This document shows, one piece after another, positions 9,907 to 18,649 of a stretch of DNA of 64,000 nucleotides. The DNA comes from Promethearchaeia archaeon (GTDB lineage Archaea; Asgardarchaeota; Lokiarchaeia; Sigyniarchaeales; SOKP01), in NCBI GenBank assembly GCA_029856145.1, contig JAHQWK010000001.1, positions 480,001 to 544,000 on the forward strand, written 5' to 3'. Numbering within the stretch: the stretch's first letter is position 1; each line of letters begins with the position of its first letter. A program made the position numbers and the translations under genes. Below the pieces are notes generated by a model that was given only the letters and a program-made list of their open reading frames with translations, made no database searches and was not told the DNA's origin.

Positions 9907-11199
9907 TTAAGGGTTAGTTATTTTTGGATCTTTATCTTTATCCCAATTTATAGCAAATAAGAAATCCCTACTTGCTTTGTTTTTATAGATTAGCGGAAAT
10001 CCACTCACTTTCTCAAATTTTAGCGCTAAATCCTCTAAATAATCATATTCGGGAAAAAAAGCTTGGACTTGCTTTTCCGTTTTCAATCTTTCTTTTATTA
10101 ATAATGCTTTTGCTTGTAAGGTGAATCCCTTCATCTCAAAAAAGTTGGGACTTGCTTTCTCAATTATTTTAGCATATTCATTAATCATATTTTCATTTAA
10201 ATTAAGATCTTTAATTGCTGTTAGCCTGACAACTGACCTGCAAGATAATGATTTAACTAAATCTAAGCTATTCATTATATTATTCCAACCATTTTTAATC
10301 ATAGGGCGACATGTTTTTTTATAGACTTTTTCATTAGAAGCAGGTAATGTAATATATAACTGAGTAGGTAAGGGATCTAATTTTTCAATTATTTCAGGCA
10401 ATGTCCCATTAGTCACTATGAATGTAGTCATATTTCGATTCTTAAATTCTTGAACGAATTCAGAGATTCTTGGATACAAAAGAGGCTCTCCATCTAAAGA
10501 AATGGCAGCATGATTTGGTATCATGGCTTCACTATGAGCTTGCATTATCTCATCAGGTGAAGTCAATTCTCTATTAATCAAAACTTCTAACTCCTCTCTA
10601 GAGCCAATACAACCATTTACATCATTATCTAATCTAAAACTATCATATGAAGAGTTTGTTGGCTTAATAAATTCTTGGTTCTTTAGAAGAGTAACTGCCC
10701 GCTCAATTTTATTTTTTGAAACGTGAATATTATTACTGAGTGAATTTATATTATGGGTTTGGTTGCAGTTTAAAAGAATAAAATAGAGGATATCAATCAT
10801 TATTTCATAATTATCAAGGTATCTCCTTAGTGGTAAATGGTTTTTAACGATATCTTTATGGTGTCTTAACATTTCATCAACAAGAAATTTAGGATCATCT
10901 GGTTCAACAATAAATTCACTTCCAAGTGATCCAGACTCAATATCTCTCCAACAAAAGACACATTGATGATTACAAAAAGGTAATGAAGGAGTGTTTTGTA
11001 AGCATCTATGACTTTGTATTCCAAAAACACCTTTATAACAATTACGATTATCTCTTCCCGTTGCTAACCTTTGCTCAAACCAATGACATGGTTTGATAGA
11101 TGAATGTTTATTATCTCCAATTATCCTATATGTTGTTTTTGTATAAGATTCAACAAATTCATTTGTGATCTTATTGTCAATGATAAACCTATTATTCAT
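9907..11199 (-). CDS. taw1: Radical SAM 4-demethylwyosine synthase (Taw1/TYW1) with an internal insertion
   Basis: KPCHW, CYK, IQSHRCLQ, CNHQCVFCWR, HAAISLDGEP and TFIVTNGT. Confidence 0.92.
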   Translation of the reverse strand: MNNRFIIDNKITNEFVESYTKTTYRIIGDNKHSSIKPCHWFEQRLATGRDNRNCYKGVFGIQSHRCLQNTPSLPFCNHQCVFCWRDIESGSLGSEFIVEPDDPKFLVDEMLRHHKDIVKNHLPLRRYLDNYEIMIDILYFILLNCNQTHNINSLSNNIHVSKNKIERAVTLLKNQEFIKPTNSSYDSFRLDNDVNGCIGSREELEVLINRELTSPDEIMQAHSEAMIPNHAAISLDGEPLLYPRISEFVQEFKNRNMTTFIVTNGTLPEIIEKLDPLPTQLYITLPASNEKVYKKTCRPMIKNGWNNIMNSLDLVKSLSCRSVVRLTAIKDLNLNENMINEYAKIIEKASPNFFEMKGFTLQAKALLIKERLKTEKQVQAFFPEYDYLEDLALKFEKVSGFPLIYKNKASRDFLFAINWDKDKDPKITNP

Positions 11200-11370
11200 T
11201 AAAGGACCACTCTGAACTCAAAATTATCACTATCTTATATAAATAAATGTATTTTATTAAGATATTAAATTATATTCTTTAAAATTATAAGTACATAAAT
11301 AATTAGTATAATACTTATAGATTATAATCAAAATTTCATGTTTGGTTTCCTAAGATAAATAATAATCTGG

Positions 11371-12255
11371 TTGAAAATGTTAAATAGAATCAAAAGCGAG
11401 TTGCTAAATGTAGGTTTAAAATTTATAAGTGTAGATGAGAAAATCGTCCGTATGATACTTGAAACAAGTCCTTCAAATGTAAATGAAATTGTTATCCTCC
11501 CAGCTATTAAAATAGTTATGAAGAAATTATTACAAAAATTACAAAATAAACGGAACTATGGAAGAGTATATAATGGGGAGTTGAATAATGTTAAAGTTAG
11601 TATTGTTCGTTCTTTAATCGGAGCACCTAATTGTGCAATGGTTGTAGAAGCTTTAAAACGATGTAAAACGAAAGTTATTATTAGAATTGATGTATGTGGA
11701 GGAATAGAAAATGTAATTACACCAATTAACATTGGAGATATTTTAATCCCAAAATTAGCTTTTTGTGATGATGGGACTTGTCCTCAATATTTTAGAGAGA
11801 ATCCCGCTTTAGTAAATGAACTAGAATCAATTTCTAATCCAATGGGAAAATTTCAAAAAATGTTTACGGGGAATCAAACTGTATTTATATCCAAACCAAA
11901 TGACACATTAAAAGAAATATTGTTTAATAAAGGCGTATTATTTTTAAGGGAAAAGGTAAAATTAGCTGATTTATGGACAACCGATGCTCTATTTTGTGAA
12001 AGTTTTGATTTTGTCCGAGCATTGAGTTCAATAAACATACAATGTGTCGATATGGAGTCTTCTATATTATTCTTATTAGGAAAGATTTACAATCTAAAAA
12101 CTTGTTCTATTCTTTCAGTTTCAGATTTACCAGGGCATTCGAAATATGATTTACTTAATTCAAATGAAATACACCACGATATGGAGAATGGAATTGATAA
12201 CACAATTAAAATCCTTATCAATTCATTACCCCAAATAAAGTATGAATTAATCTAA
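11371..12255 (+). CDS. Purine/uridine nucleoside phosphorylase family protein (divergent)
   Basis: IGAP, WTTDALFCE, VDMESS and SVSD. Confidence 0.75.
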   Translation: MKMLNRIKSELLNVGLKFISVDEKIVRMILETSPSNVNEIVILPAIKIVMKKLLQKLQNKRNYGRVYNGELNNVKVSIVRSLIGAPNCAMVVEALKRCKTKVIIRIDVCGGIENVITPINIGDILIPKLAFCDDGTCPQYFRENPALVNELESISNPMGKFQKMFTGNQTVFISKPNDTLKEILFNKGVLFLREKVKLADLWTTDALFCESFDFVRALSSINIQCVDMESSILFLLGKIYNLKTCSILSVSDLPGHSKYDLLNSNEIHHDMENGIDNTIKILINSLPQIKYELI

Positions 12256-12269
12256 GTTCAGTTCAGAGA

Positions 12270-13166
12270 CTAAAGTCCTTTTAAAAGTTGAGAAAAATCA
12301 GGTTCCGAAAAAAAATCATTATAAACCTTTAGCAACTCAATATTTATAAGGAAAACTTTTTTACCCGATTTATTTTTTGTAGTTCTCATAAGATTAAGTT
12401 GTTTTAATTTTTTAATGTGATACAATATGGTTCCTGAATAAATGTCAAGATTTTCTCCGATTTTTGATACAGCTACTTCTTCATCCTTAAATATTTCTTC
12501 TAATATTTTTGGGATTAATGGATTTAAAAAAATAGCTTTAAATTCTTGATAATCTTCAGGTACCTCACTTAAAAAGTAATGAAGAGTTTTACCAATTTTT
12601 TTGGATCTAATTAGATTAAATCTTTCAAGTGTCATTACATGTTTTAGAAAAGGAGTTCTTGTTATTTCTAATACTTCTTCGATTTTCTCATCGCGAGCGT
12701 GAATTCCCGGATTGTTTTTAATGAAATCTAGTATTTTCACAAGTTTTTTATTACTAAGTATCTCTAATTTGGTACGTCTTTCATTTGTTACAATCCAATT
12801 CTTCTCTTCTAAACTTCGAATTGCTAGAAAAATTTCTTCTTTACTATATCCTTTATTATAAGATAATTTAGCAATACACTTGGCATATAATTTTTCGATT
12901 ATTGGATATTTTTGAATTTGAGCTTCCGAAACAATTTCAAATTCTGTATCGTATCTCTTTAATTTTAATATATCTTTAGCAATTTTTAAAACATCTTTTT
13001 CTATTTCACTTAGCTCTTCAACAATTTCTTCTTTTATTACTTCTTTGCCTAGTTTTTTTTTTTTCTTTTCCCCTAAAGGTTTAAAATCAAGACGCCTAAA
13101 TGAACTCTCCTGTAGATTTTCATTTTCTTTATTTCCTCTGGGTTCTCTTCTTCTTTCGAGCGACAT
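12270..13166 (-). CDS. Multi-winged-helix DNA-binding protein
   Basis: ILDFIKNNPGIH...H...LE...I.S...G....YF, followed by a second wHTH (GTILYHIKKL). Confidence 0.75.
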   Translation of the reverse strand: MSLERRREPRGNKENENLQESSFRRLDFKPLGEKKKKKLGKEVIKEEIVEELSEIEKDVLKIAKDILKLKRYDTEFEIVSEAQIQKYPIIEKLYAKCIAKLSYNKGYSKEEIFLAIRSLEEKNWIVTNERRTKLEILSNKKLVKILDFIKNNPGIHARDEKIEEVLEITRTPFLKHVMTLERFNLIRSKKIGKTLHYFLSEVPEDYQEFKAIFLNPLIPKILEEIFKDEEVAVSKIGENLDIYSGTILYHIKKLKQLNLMRTTKNKSGKKVFLINIELLKVYNDFFSEPDFSQLLKGL

Positions 13167-13168
13167 CT

Positions 13169-14713
13169 TTAAGCGTTTTCCTCTAAGAATTGAACAAATT
13201 GTATTTGTTCCTCAACATCCATATATTTTAATTCTTCAACAATTTTATCATAATGTTTAGGTTTAACATTAGGAAGTTTACGAATTCTATTAATCAGCCT
13301 TTTAGGTATTTCTTTATATAGACTAACCATTGCTTCGATATATTTTACTTGCTCTTCTTTTGTTAAGAATGCAAGTTCTTCCAATAATTCTTTCTTTTCC
13401 TTTTTAGAAATTTTTAGACCTATTATTTGCTTCCTTAAATCTTTTGACAATACAGCAAATATCTTTGATAAATATTCTTTAACTAATTTTTTATCTTTTT
13501 CATCTTTTACAGGTAAGAGAGAGTCATGTAATTTTAATCTAAATTCTTCTTCCCTTTTTGCTTTTTCCTCATTATCTATTTTTAAAGGTATCTCTTCAAG
13601 TTCTTTTATTGGTACTTCTTTAATTTTTTTTTGTTCAATTTTAATTTCTTCTTTTACAGGAGCTACTTTTTGTGGGCGGTCTAATTTTTCAGATGGCGTA
13701 AGTGGCGTAGGGGGGATAGGCGAAGTAGGAGCATATATTACTGGTTTTTCAATTTCAGATACTTGTTGGGCTTTTTCTGATGGTTTACCGAAAGATAAGA
13801 AAATTACTAAGATTCCTTTTAGTAGTATAAAGATACCTGCAGCATAAAACATAGTTCCTAAAATCCCTAGGATAATAAACTTAACTGCATCTTTTGATAC
13901 AAATTTTTGTTTTTCCTTGATTCTTTTTTTCATTCCACTATCTATGAGCAAAATTATTAATGCAGTGATTAGAAGAACAACCCAAATTAGTATTCCTAAA
14001 GGGATTTGGATACCAAAAGGTAAATTTATTAGCGTATTACCCCCGTCTGGGAGATAAATCCCATCTGAAAATGCTCTGTAAATACCATATAATATTAATA
14101 TAAATCCTGCTTTATTAGAGAAATAATTCAATGAATTCTTTGCGAGCAAACCGTAATCATAGATTTTAAAATCCTTATTTTTGGAGTTTGTAAACACATA
14201 TATTATGATAAAAACCCCTTTAATAAGAATAATTACACCTAAACCATACATAATACAACCTAATATTCCCCAACAGAAAGAATCTAGAAAAATTTCATTA
14301 TATTTTTTCTCCTTTACTTTTTGAGTAATATAAGTTCTATCATATATTAGCAGAAATAAACAAATTATAATATTTGCAATATTATCTAAAAGGTTAGCAA
14401 GACTATAGTATGGGAATAGATTAAAAAAAATTGATATTACTAAATAAAAGAAAAAAATAAACAATGGTAAAGAAGATATTTTATTTAGAAATTGAATAAA
14501 CTTGTCTAAACTAGATGATTTTATTTCAGGGAAGGTATGATATGGTTTTTTTGCCCTAATATATGGAGTTGGAGCGGGCTTGAATGTAACCCCTTCCAAA
14601 ATAAAAGGAGAACCACATCTTTCACAATAAACTTGAATATTACTTTCTATTAAGTGAGAGAGTTCCTGGGGGAATACATATTCGCACTCCCGGCAGACAA
14701 AAATTTTACTCAT
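13169..14713 (-). CDS. Membrane protein with an N-terminal Zn ribbon, duplicated TM module, Pro-rich linker and helical C-terminal repeat
   Basis: CRECE...CERCG, multiple hydrophobic spans and internal repeats. Confidence 0.75.
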   Translation of the reverse strand: MSKIFVCRECEYVFPQELSHLIESNIQVYCERCGSPFILEGVTFKPAPTPYIRAKKPYHTFPEIKSSSLDKFIQFLNKISSLPLFIFFFYLVISIFFNLFPYYSLANLLDNIANIIICLFLLIYDRTYITQKVKEKKYNEIFLDSFCWGILGCIMYGLGVIILIKGVFIIIYVFTNSKNKDFKIYDYGLLAKNSLNYFSNKAGFILILYGIYRAFSDGIYLPDGGNTLINLPFGIQIPLGILIWVVLLITALIILLIDSGMKKRIKEKQKFVSKDAVKFIILGILGTMFYAAGIFILLKGILVIFLSFGKPSEKAQQVSEIEKPVIYAPTSPIPPTPLTPSEKLDRPQKVAPVKEEIKIEQKKIKEVPIKELEEIPLKIDNEEKAKREEEFRLKLHDSLLPVKDEKDKKLVKEYLSKIFAVLSKDLRKQIIGLKISKKEKKELLEELAFLTKEEQVKYIEAMVSLYKEIPKRLINRIRKLPNVKPKHYDKIVEELKYMDVEEQIQFVQFLEENA

Positions 14714-14789
14714 TCTTTTTAATTACACCTTTATTATGATCATTTGCTTTTACTTTAATTTTTTTCGAATAAAATGGAATAAAAATTAA

Positions 14790-15275
14790 TTAATGAGAGA
14801 CAGTAAGCGGTTGAATAGCTTGATCTATTCTTAACCTTGTACCACAATTAACACAAAATACAATTTCAGTTGATTCTAAGTGATATTTCATTTTATTGGT
14901 AAATTTTTTTCCACATTCACTGCAATATTCTAAGAAAATTCGAGGTTCCTTAGTAGAATTATTCTGAATATTGTATTGATTATTATTTTGTGTCTGAGAT
15001 TTTGATTTCCCCGAAACCAGAAGGTAAAAACCCTCAAATAATTTATAGATCCCATAACCAATGTATTTAAGAAGGTAAAAAATCCCTTTGATAATATAAT
15101 AAATCAAGTATGCGATTCCTTTAATGATATAATAAAGCAACGTTACAGTTAAAGCTAATAGTGCGACTAAACCAATAATAGCTAATACTTGGCCATAAAG
15201 AGGTTGTGCTAAATACCATTCGACAAAAGTGTTATACCAAACACCGATATTTTCAAGAAAGTTTTCCCAATCCAT
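14790..15275 (-). CDS. Membrane protein with a C-terminal Zn ribbon
   Basis: N-terminal hydrophobic helices; CSECG...CVNCG. Confidence 0.75.
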   Translation of the reverse strand: MDWENFLENIGVWYNTFVEWYLAQPLYGQVLAIIGLVALLALTVTLLYYIIKGIAYLIYYIIKGIFYLLKYIGYGIYKLFEGFYLLVSGKSKSQTQNNNQYNIQNNSTKEPRIFLEYCSECGKKFTNKMKYHLESTEIVFCVNCGTRLRIDQAIQPLTVSH

Positions 15276-15388
15276 AATTATTCATCCAATTTTTTAGTAC
15301 TTTTTATTAATAAAAAAGTGTTAAGAATTGATTTTAAAATTCTTGGAGTCCAATTTTTGAAATGTAAAAGAATGAGTTTAGACAACAT

Positions 15389-15895
15389 TTAATTTTTTTT
15401 TATTAAATTTTCCCAATCCAAAGTTACAACTGTTTTATGAAGGGAATGATCATCATCAACTATATTGTATTTTAGATTTGTAAAAAGTTTTTCAGCACGA
15501 ACTCGAGACTGGTTTATTGAAACTATTTTATCATGTTTACCATGGTAAACTACAACGGGAATTTTGACTGTAGAATAAATCTTAGGATTTAACTTGGGAA
15601 AAGACAAATATGGAGCGAGTAAAATCAATTTTGATACCTTATCAGGATTTTCTAAAGTGAAGATACTCGCTATCAAACCACCAAAACTACTACCTATAAT
15701 AATCCAAGGGCTTTTTTCTTTTAATATTGAATATAATTGTTTCATACGGATCTCTAATAAAACTTTAGTTGATATGTTTGGATTGTACTTTTCAAAATCT
15801 GGAGTTAAGCATTCAGGGAGCCGTTTTCGAAGAAGTTGCCCTTTAAAACCTTTCCCTGAACTTTCAAGGCCGTGAATAAAAATGATACTTTGCAT
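15389..15895 (-). CDS. YqiA-like alpha/beta hydrolase (esterase)
   Basis: FIHGLESS, GSSFGG, HG..D.IV and DDHSL. Confidence 0.85.
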   Translation of the reverse strand: MQSIIFIHGLESSGKGFKGQLLRKRLPECLTPDFEKYNPNISTKVLLEIRMKQLYSILKEKSPWIIIGSSFGGLIASIFTLENPDKVSKLILLAPYLSFPKLNPKIYSTVKIPVVVYHGKHDKIVSINQSRVRAEKLFTNLKYNIVDDDHSLHKTVVTLDWENLIKKN

Positions 15896-15910
15896 AATTT
15901 TATAAGAATG

Positions 15911-16969
15911 TTAAGGCTCTCTCTCGACAGAAAACTTATCCATTTCTTCTTTCAATAATCTCATTTCCTTCTTGTGACCAAAATAGACAAGTAATCCGAA
16001 AATAGTGAAGTAAATTGTTAAAATTATCATTGTATAAAAATAATACTTATAGGTATAACTCATAAAATGTAAAGCTAAACCAATAATGAATCCAGTGAAT
16101 AATCTAGATTCAGTAGAGCTTTTTCTTAATAAAAGTCTTTGCGTTCCCCAATCAGTTAATCCCGGTATTGGAAGGATTATGCAAAGAAGTAAGGCAATTT
16201 CCGGACTAAAATCAATTTGATAGATTTTAGATATTAAGTACGTAGTAAAAAGAGCTATTAATCCCCCAAGTATTACTCCTGAACATCTTGAGCAAAAATA
16301 GATTTTGGTTCTTCCAAATTTAAGATAAAATGTATGATCGCTCGCAGAGAGAGGATGATGAGTTAAGAACATATAATATAATTGTTTTTCTTCTTTTGCA
16401 AGCACTTTATCATATAGAAATAATAGTATTGGAACAATAAATAAAACTGAGATAAGTACTGCGAGTAAGAATTTGATGCCATAATTAATAAAAATAATAT
16501 CAAGTGTAAATTGGCCAGGATAAAAGACAATTTGAAAAGAAATTATGAGACTAAAAATAATGAAAGAAGTAATAATTAATGCTATGAAGGTATAAAGCAC
16601 ATTAATTCGTTTATGATATTTTAAAGGCTGGTATTTATAGATACCAACCAAGAATCCATAAATTGCTATAATAAAACACCATTCAATATAAATCGTTCCA
16701 TAAAATGCTAACTGAAAGATAAATTCCCCCAAAAAACCAGTGATTAAACCATTTATAGGGCCTGCGAGAACAGATAGAAATGTAAAAAGCAAAAGTGTTA
16801 TTCCAAACTGAATTGAAAGCTCTTGATTATTTATAAAAATGGTAGAGATTGAGCCAAAAGGTTCAGAAATATATACATATGATATTGTAATGAACGCAAT
16901 AATGAATATATTTAAAAATATACGTCTTAAAATATCATATTGCTCTTCATTATGAGCAGATTCAGTCAC
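15911..16969 (-). CDS. ECF S-component-like domain fused to a DUF2085-like membrane domain
   Basis: LAGPINGLITGFLGE (S-component pattern); FCSRCSG, DWGTQ and RLFTGFIIG (DUF2085 pattern). Confidence 0.65.
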   Translation of the reverse strand: MTESAHNEEQYDILRRIFLNIFIIAFITISYVYISEPFGSISTIFINNQELSIQFGITLLLFTFLSVLAGPINGLITGFLGEFIFQLAFYGTIYIEWCFIIAIYGFLVGIYKYQPLKYHKRINVLYTFIALIITSFIIFSLIISFQIVFYPGQFTLDIIFINYGIKFLLAVLISVLFIVPILLFLYDKVLAKEEKQLYYMFLTHHPLSASDHTFYLKFGRTKIYFCSRCSGVILGGLIALFTTYLISKIYQIDFSPEIALLLCIILPIPGLTDWGTQRLLLRKSSTESRLFTGFIIGLALHFMSYTYKYYFYTMIILTIYFTIFGLLVYFGHKKEMRLLKEEMDKFSVEREP

Positions 16970-17024
16970 GATATCTTCTCAATTCTTTTTTATTTATGCT
17001 ATTTATAATTAGTTTGATGTAATA

Positions 17025-17684
17025 TTAATTAAAAATCGTATCAAGTTCTTCGATTAAGTTCTCTTTCGTCATTTCAAAACCCATACGTAGTACTTTTAAA
17101 ATTATGTTTTTTCCGAAAGGAACTTTTAAAATTGAATCATCTTGTTCTACAATAGAAATTCCTTCGTCATTATAATCAAGTTGACGCTTTAATGCTTGAT
17201 ATGCTTTTTCTTTTATTTTAAATGTCGCTCTGGATAATTCATTGTAATTCTTAACATCATCTTTAACATTAAAAAAAAGGATAGCTTCTTCTAATTGTGT
17301 AATGAAGCACTTTTTAGTAACTTCTTTTAACTTTTTATAGTTACGGTGAGTGTCTTTACACTGGATGAATGTCTGGTCGTTTTTTAGATAAATAGGAAAG
17401 TTATTATTAACAACTCTTTCAAATTTTTCTTTTGAAATATCTCCATTTTGTATTAATTGTTTAGCGGAATCAAGTGTAACTCGAATTTGCTCTAGTGTAC
17501 CTACTTTTGCTTCTTTATCACTCCAGTATTTATAAAATGATTTGATTATAGGTTTAACAACAAAATTTAGAGTACCCACATCTAATTCAGAATCTATAAG
17601 GTCTCGTCCGTAGTTAAGACTGGTCTCCATTTGGTCAACCATTCTTTTCTCTAAGATCTGGTAATTTCGGTCTAAGTAGTCCAT
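17025..17684 (-). CDS. Uncharacterised helical protein (paralog of 17795-18457)
   Basis: Aligns end to end with its neighbour (MDYL.RNY, YL.NDQT..QC...H.NY). Confidence 0.85.
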   Translation of the reverse strand: MDYLDRNYQILEKRMVDQMETSLNYGRDLIDSELDVGTLNFVVKPIIKSFYKYWSDKEAKVGTLEQIRVTLDSAKQLIQNGDISKEKFERVVNNNFPIYLKNDQTFIQCKDTHRNYKKLKEVTKKCFITQLEEAILFFNVKDDVKNYNELSRATFKIKEKAYQALKRQLDYNDEGISIVEQDDSILKVPFGKNIILKVLRMGFEMTKENLIEELDTIFN

Positions 17685-17794
17685 TATTCAACTCCGATCT
17701 ATTTAATACTAGTAATTTTTGCAAGTTTGATTATTTATTTAAAGTTATTATCCGAATTTATTTGTTAAAATCTATAATGAAATTAATATTTTGA

Positions 17795-18457
17795 CTATTT
17801 ATTATCGTATGTTTCATTGAGTGATGTAATAAACTCTTTTTTAGTTAACTTAAAGCCTTGTCTAAGCGCTCTAACTATTATTTTTCTCCCAATTGGGATT
17901 TTAAGCATTGATGAGTCTTCTTCAACTATTTTAATACCCATATCTGTAAATTCTAATTGTTTCCTTAAATTTTGCTCAGCTATATCTTTTGAAGGAAATG
18001 CTATTAAACATAAGTCTCCATAATCATTCACTTCATCCTTTACCTCTAAAAATCTTACAACTTCTCTTAAATAATTTCTAAATGTTTCTTTTGCTACCTG
18101 CTTTAATCTTTCATAATTTTTATGTGATTTCGAGCATTGGGAATCCGTTTGATCATTTGCCAAATAGATAGGAAAATTCTCCTCTATAATTTTATTAAAA
18201 CTCTCTTGAGTTTTCCCATTTAGTAATAATTGTTTACCAGAATCCAATGTAATTTTAATTTGTTTTAAAGTACCAGATCTTGCCTCGCTTTTTGCCCAAT
18301 AATCATAGAAAGTTTTGACGATTGGTTTGACAATGAAGTTTAATAAACCTGTATCTAATTCAGTATCGATTAATTTTCTTCCTAATTCTAAAGATTTTTG
18401 CATTTGCTCAATCATTCGTTCCTTTATAATCAAGTAATTTCTCTCTAAGTAATCCAA
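17795..18457 (-). CDS. Uncharacterised helical protein (paralog of 17025-17684), TTG start
   Basis: Same motifs as its neighbour, with a GGAG SD upstream of the TTG. Confidence 0.85.
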   Translation of the reverse strand: MDYLERNYLIIKERMIEQMQKSLELGRKLIDTELDTGLLNFIVKPIVKTFYDYWAKSEARSGTLKQIKITLDSGKQLLLNGKTQESFNKIIEENFPIYLANDQTDSQCSKSHKNYERLKQVAKETFRNYLREVVRFLEVKDEVNDYGDLCLIAFPSKDIAEQNLRKQLEFTDMGIKIVEEDSSMLKIPIGRKIIVRALRQGFKLTKKEFITSLNETYDNK

Positions 18458-18649
18458 TATTAAATCTCCGTATATATTTTAAAACAAAAATATAAATTCT
18501 CAAATAATTATTATAAAAAGACTTCTATTCTTTTAAAATGATTTCATAATCATTATACTATTAATTTTATGTGTTCAAAAATCTTTATAATCGAAATAAA
18601 ATTAATCAATCAATAGAAATTGAAAAAAAAAGTTTGAATTTTCTATAAA

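Noticed and set aside
10555-10836. Taw1 insertion as an intein
   Set aside because: There is no C/S start with an HN-C/S/T end and no LAGLIDADG motif. The pattern fits a winged helix.
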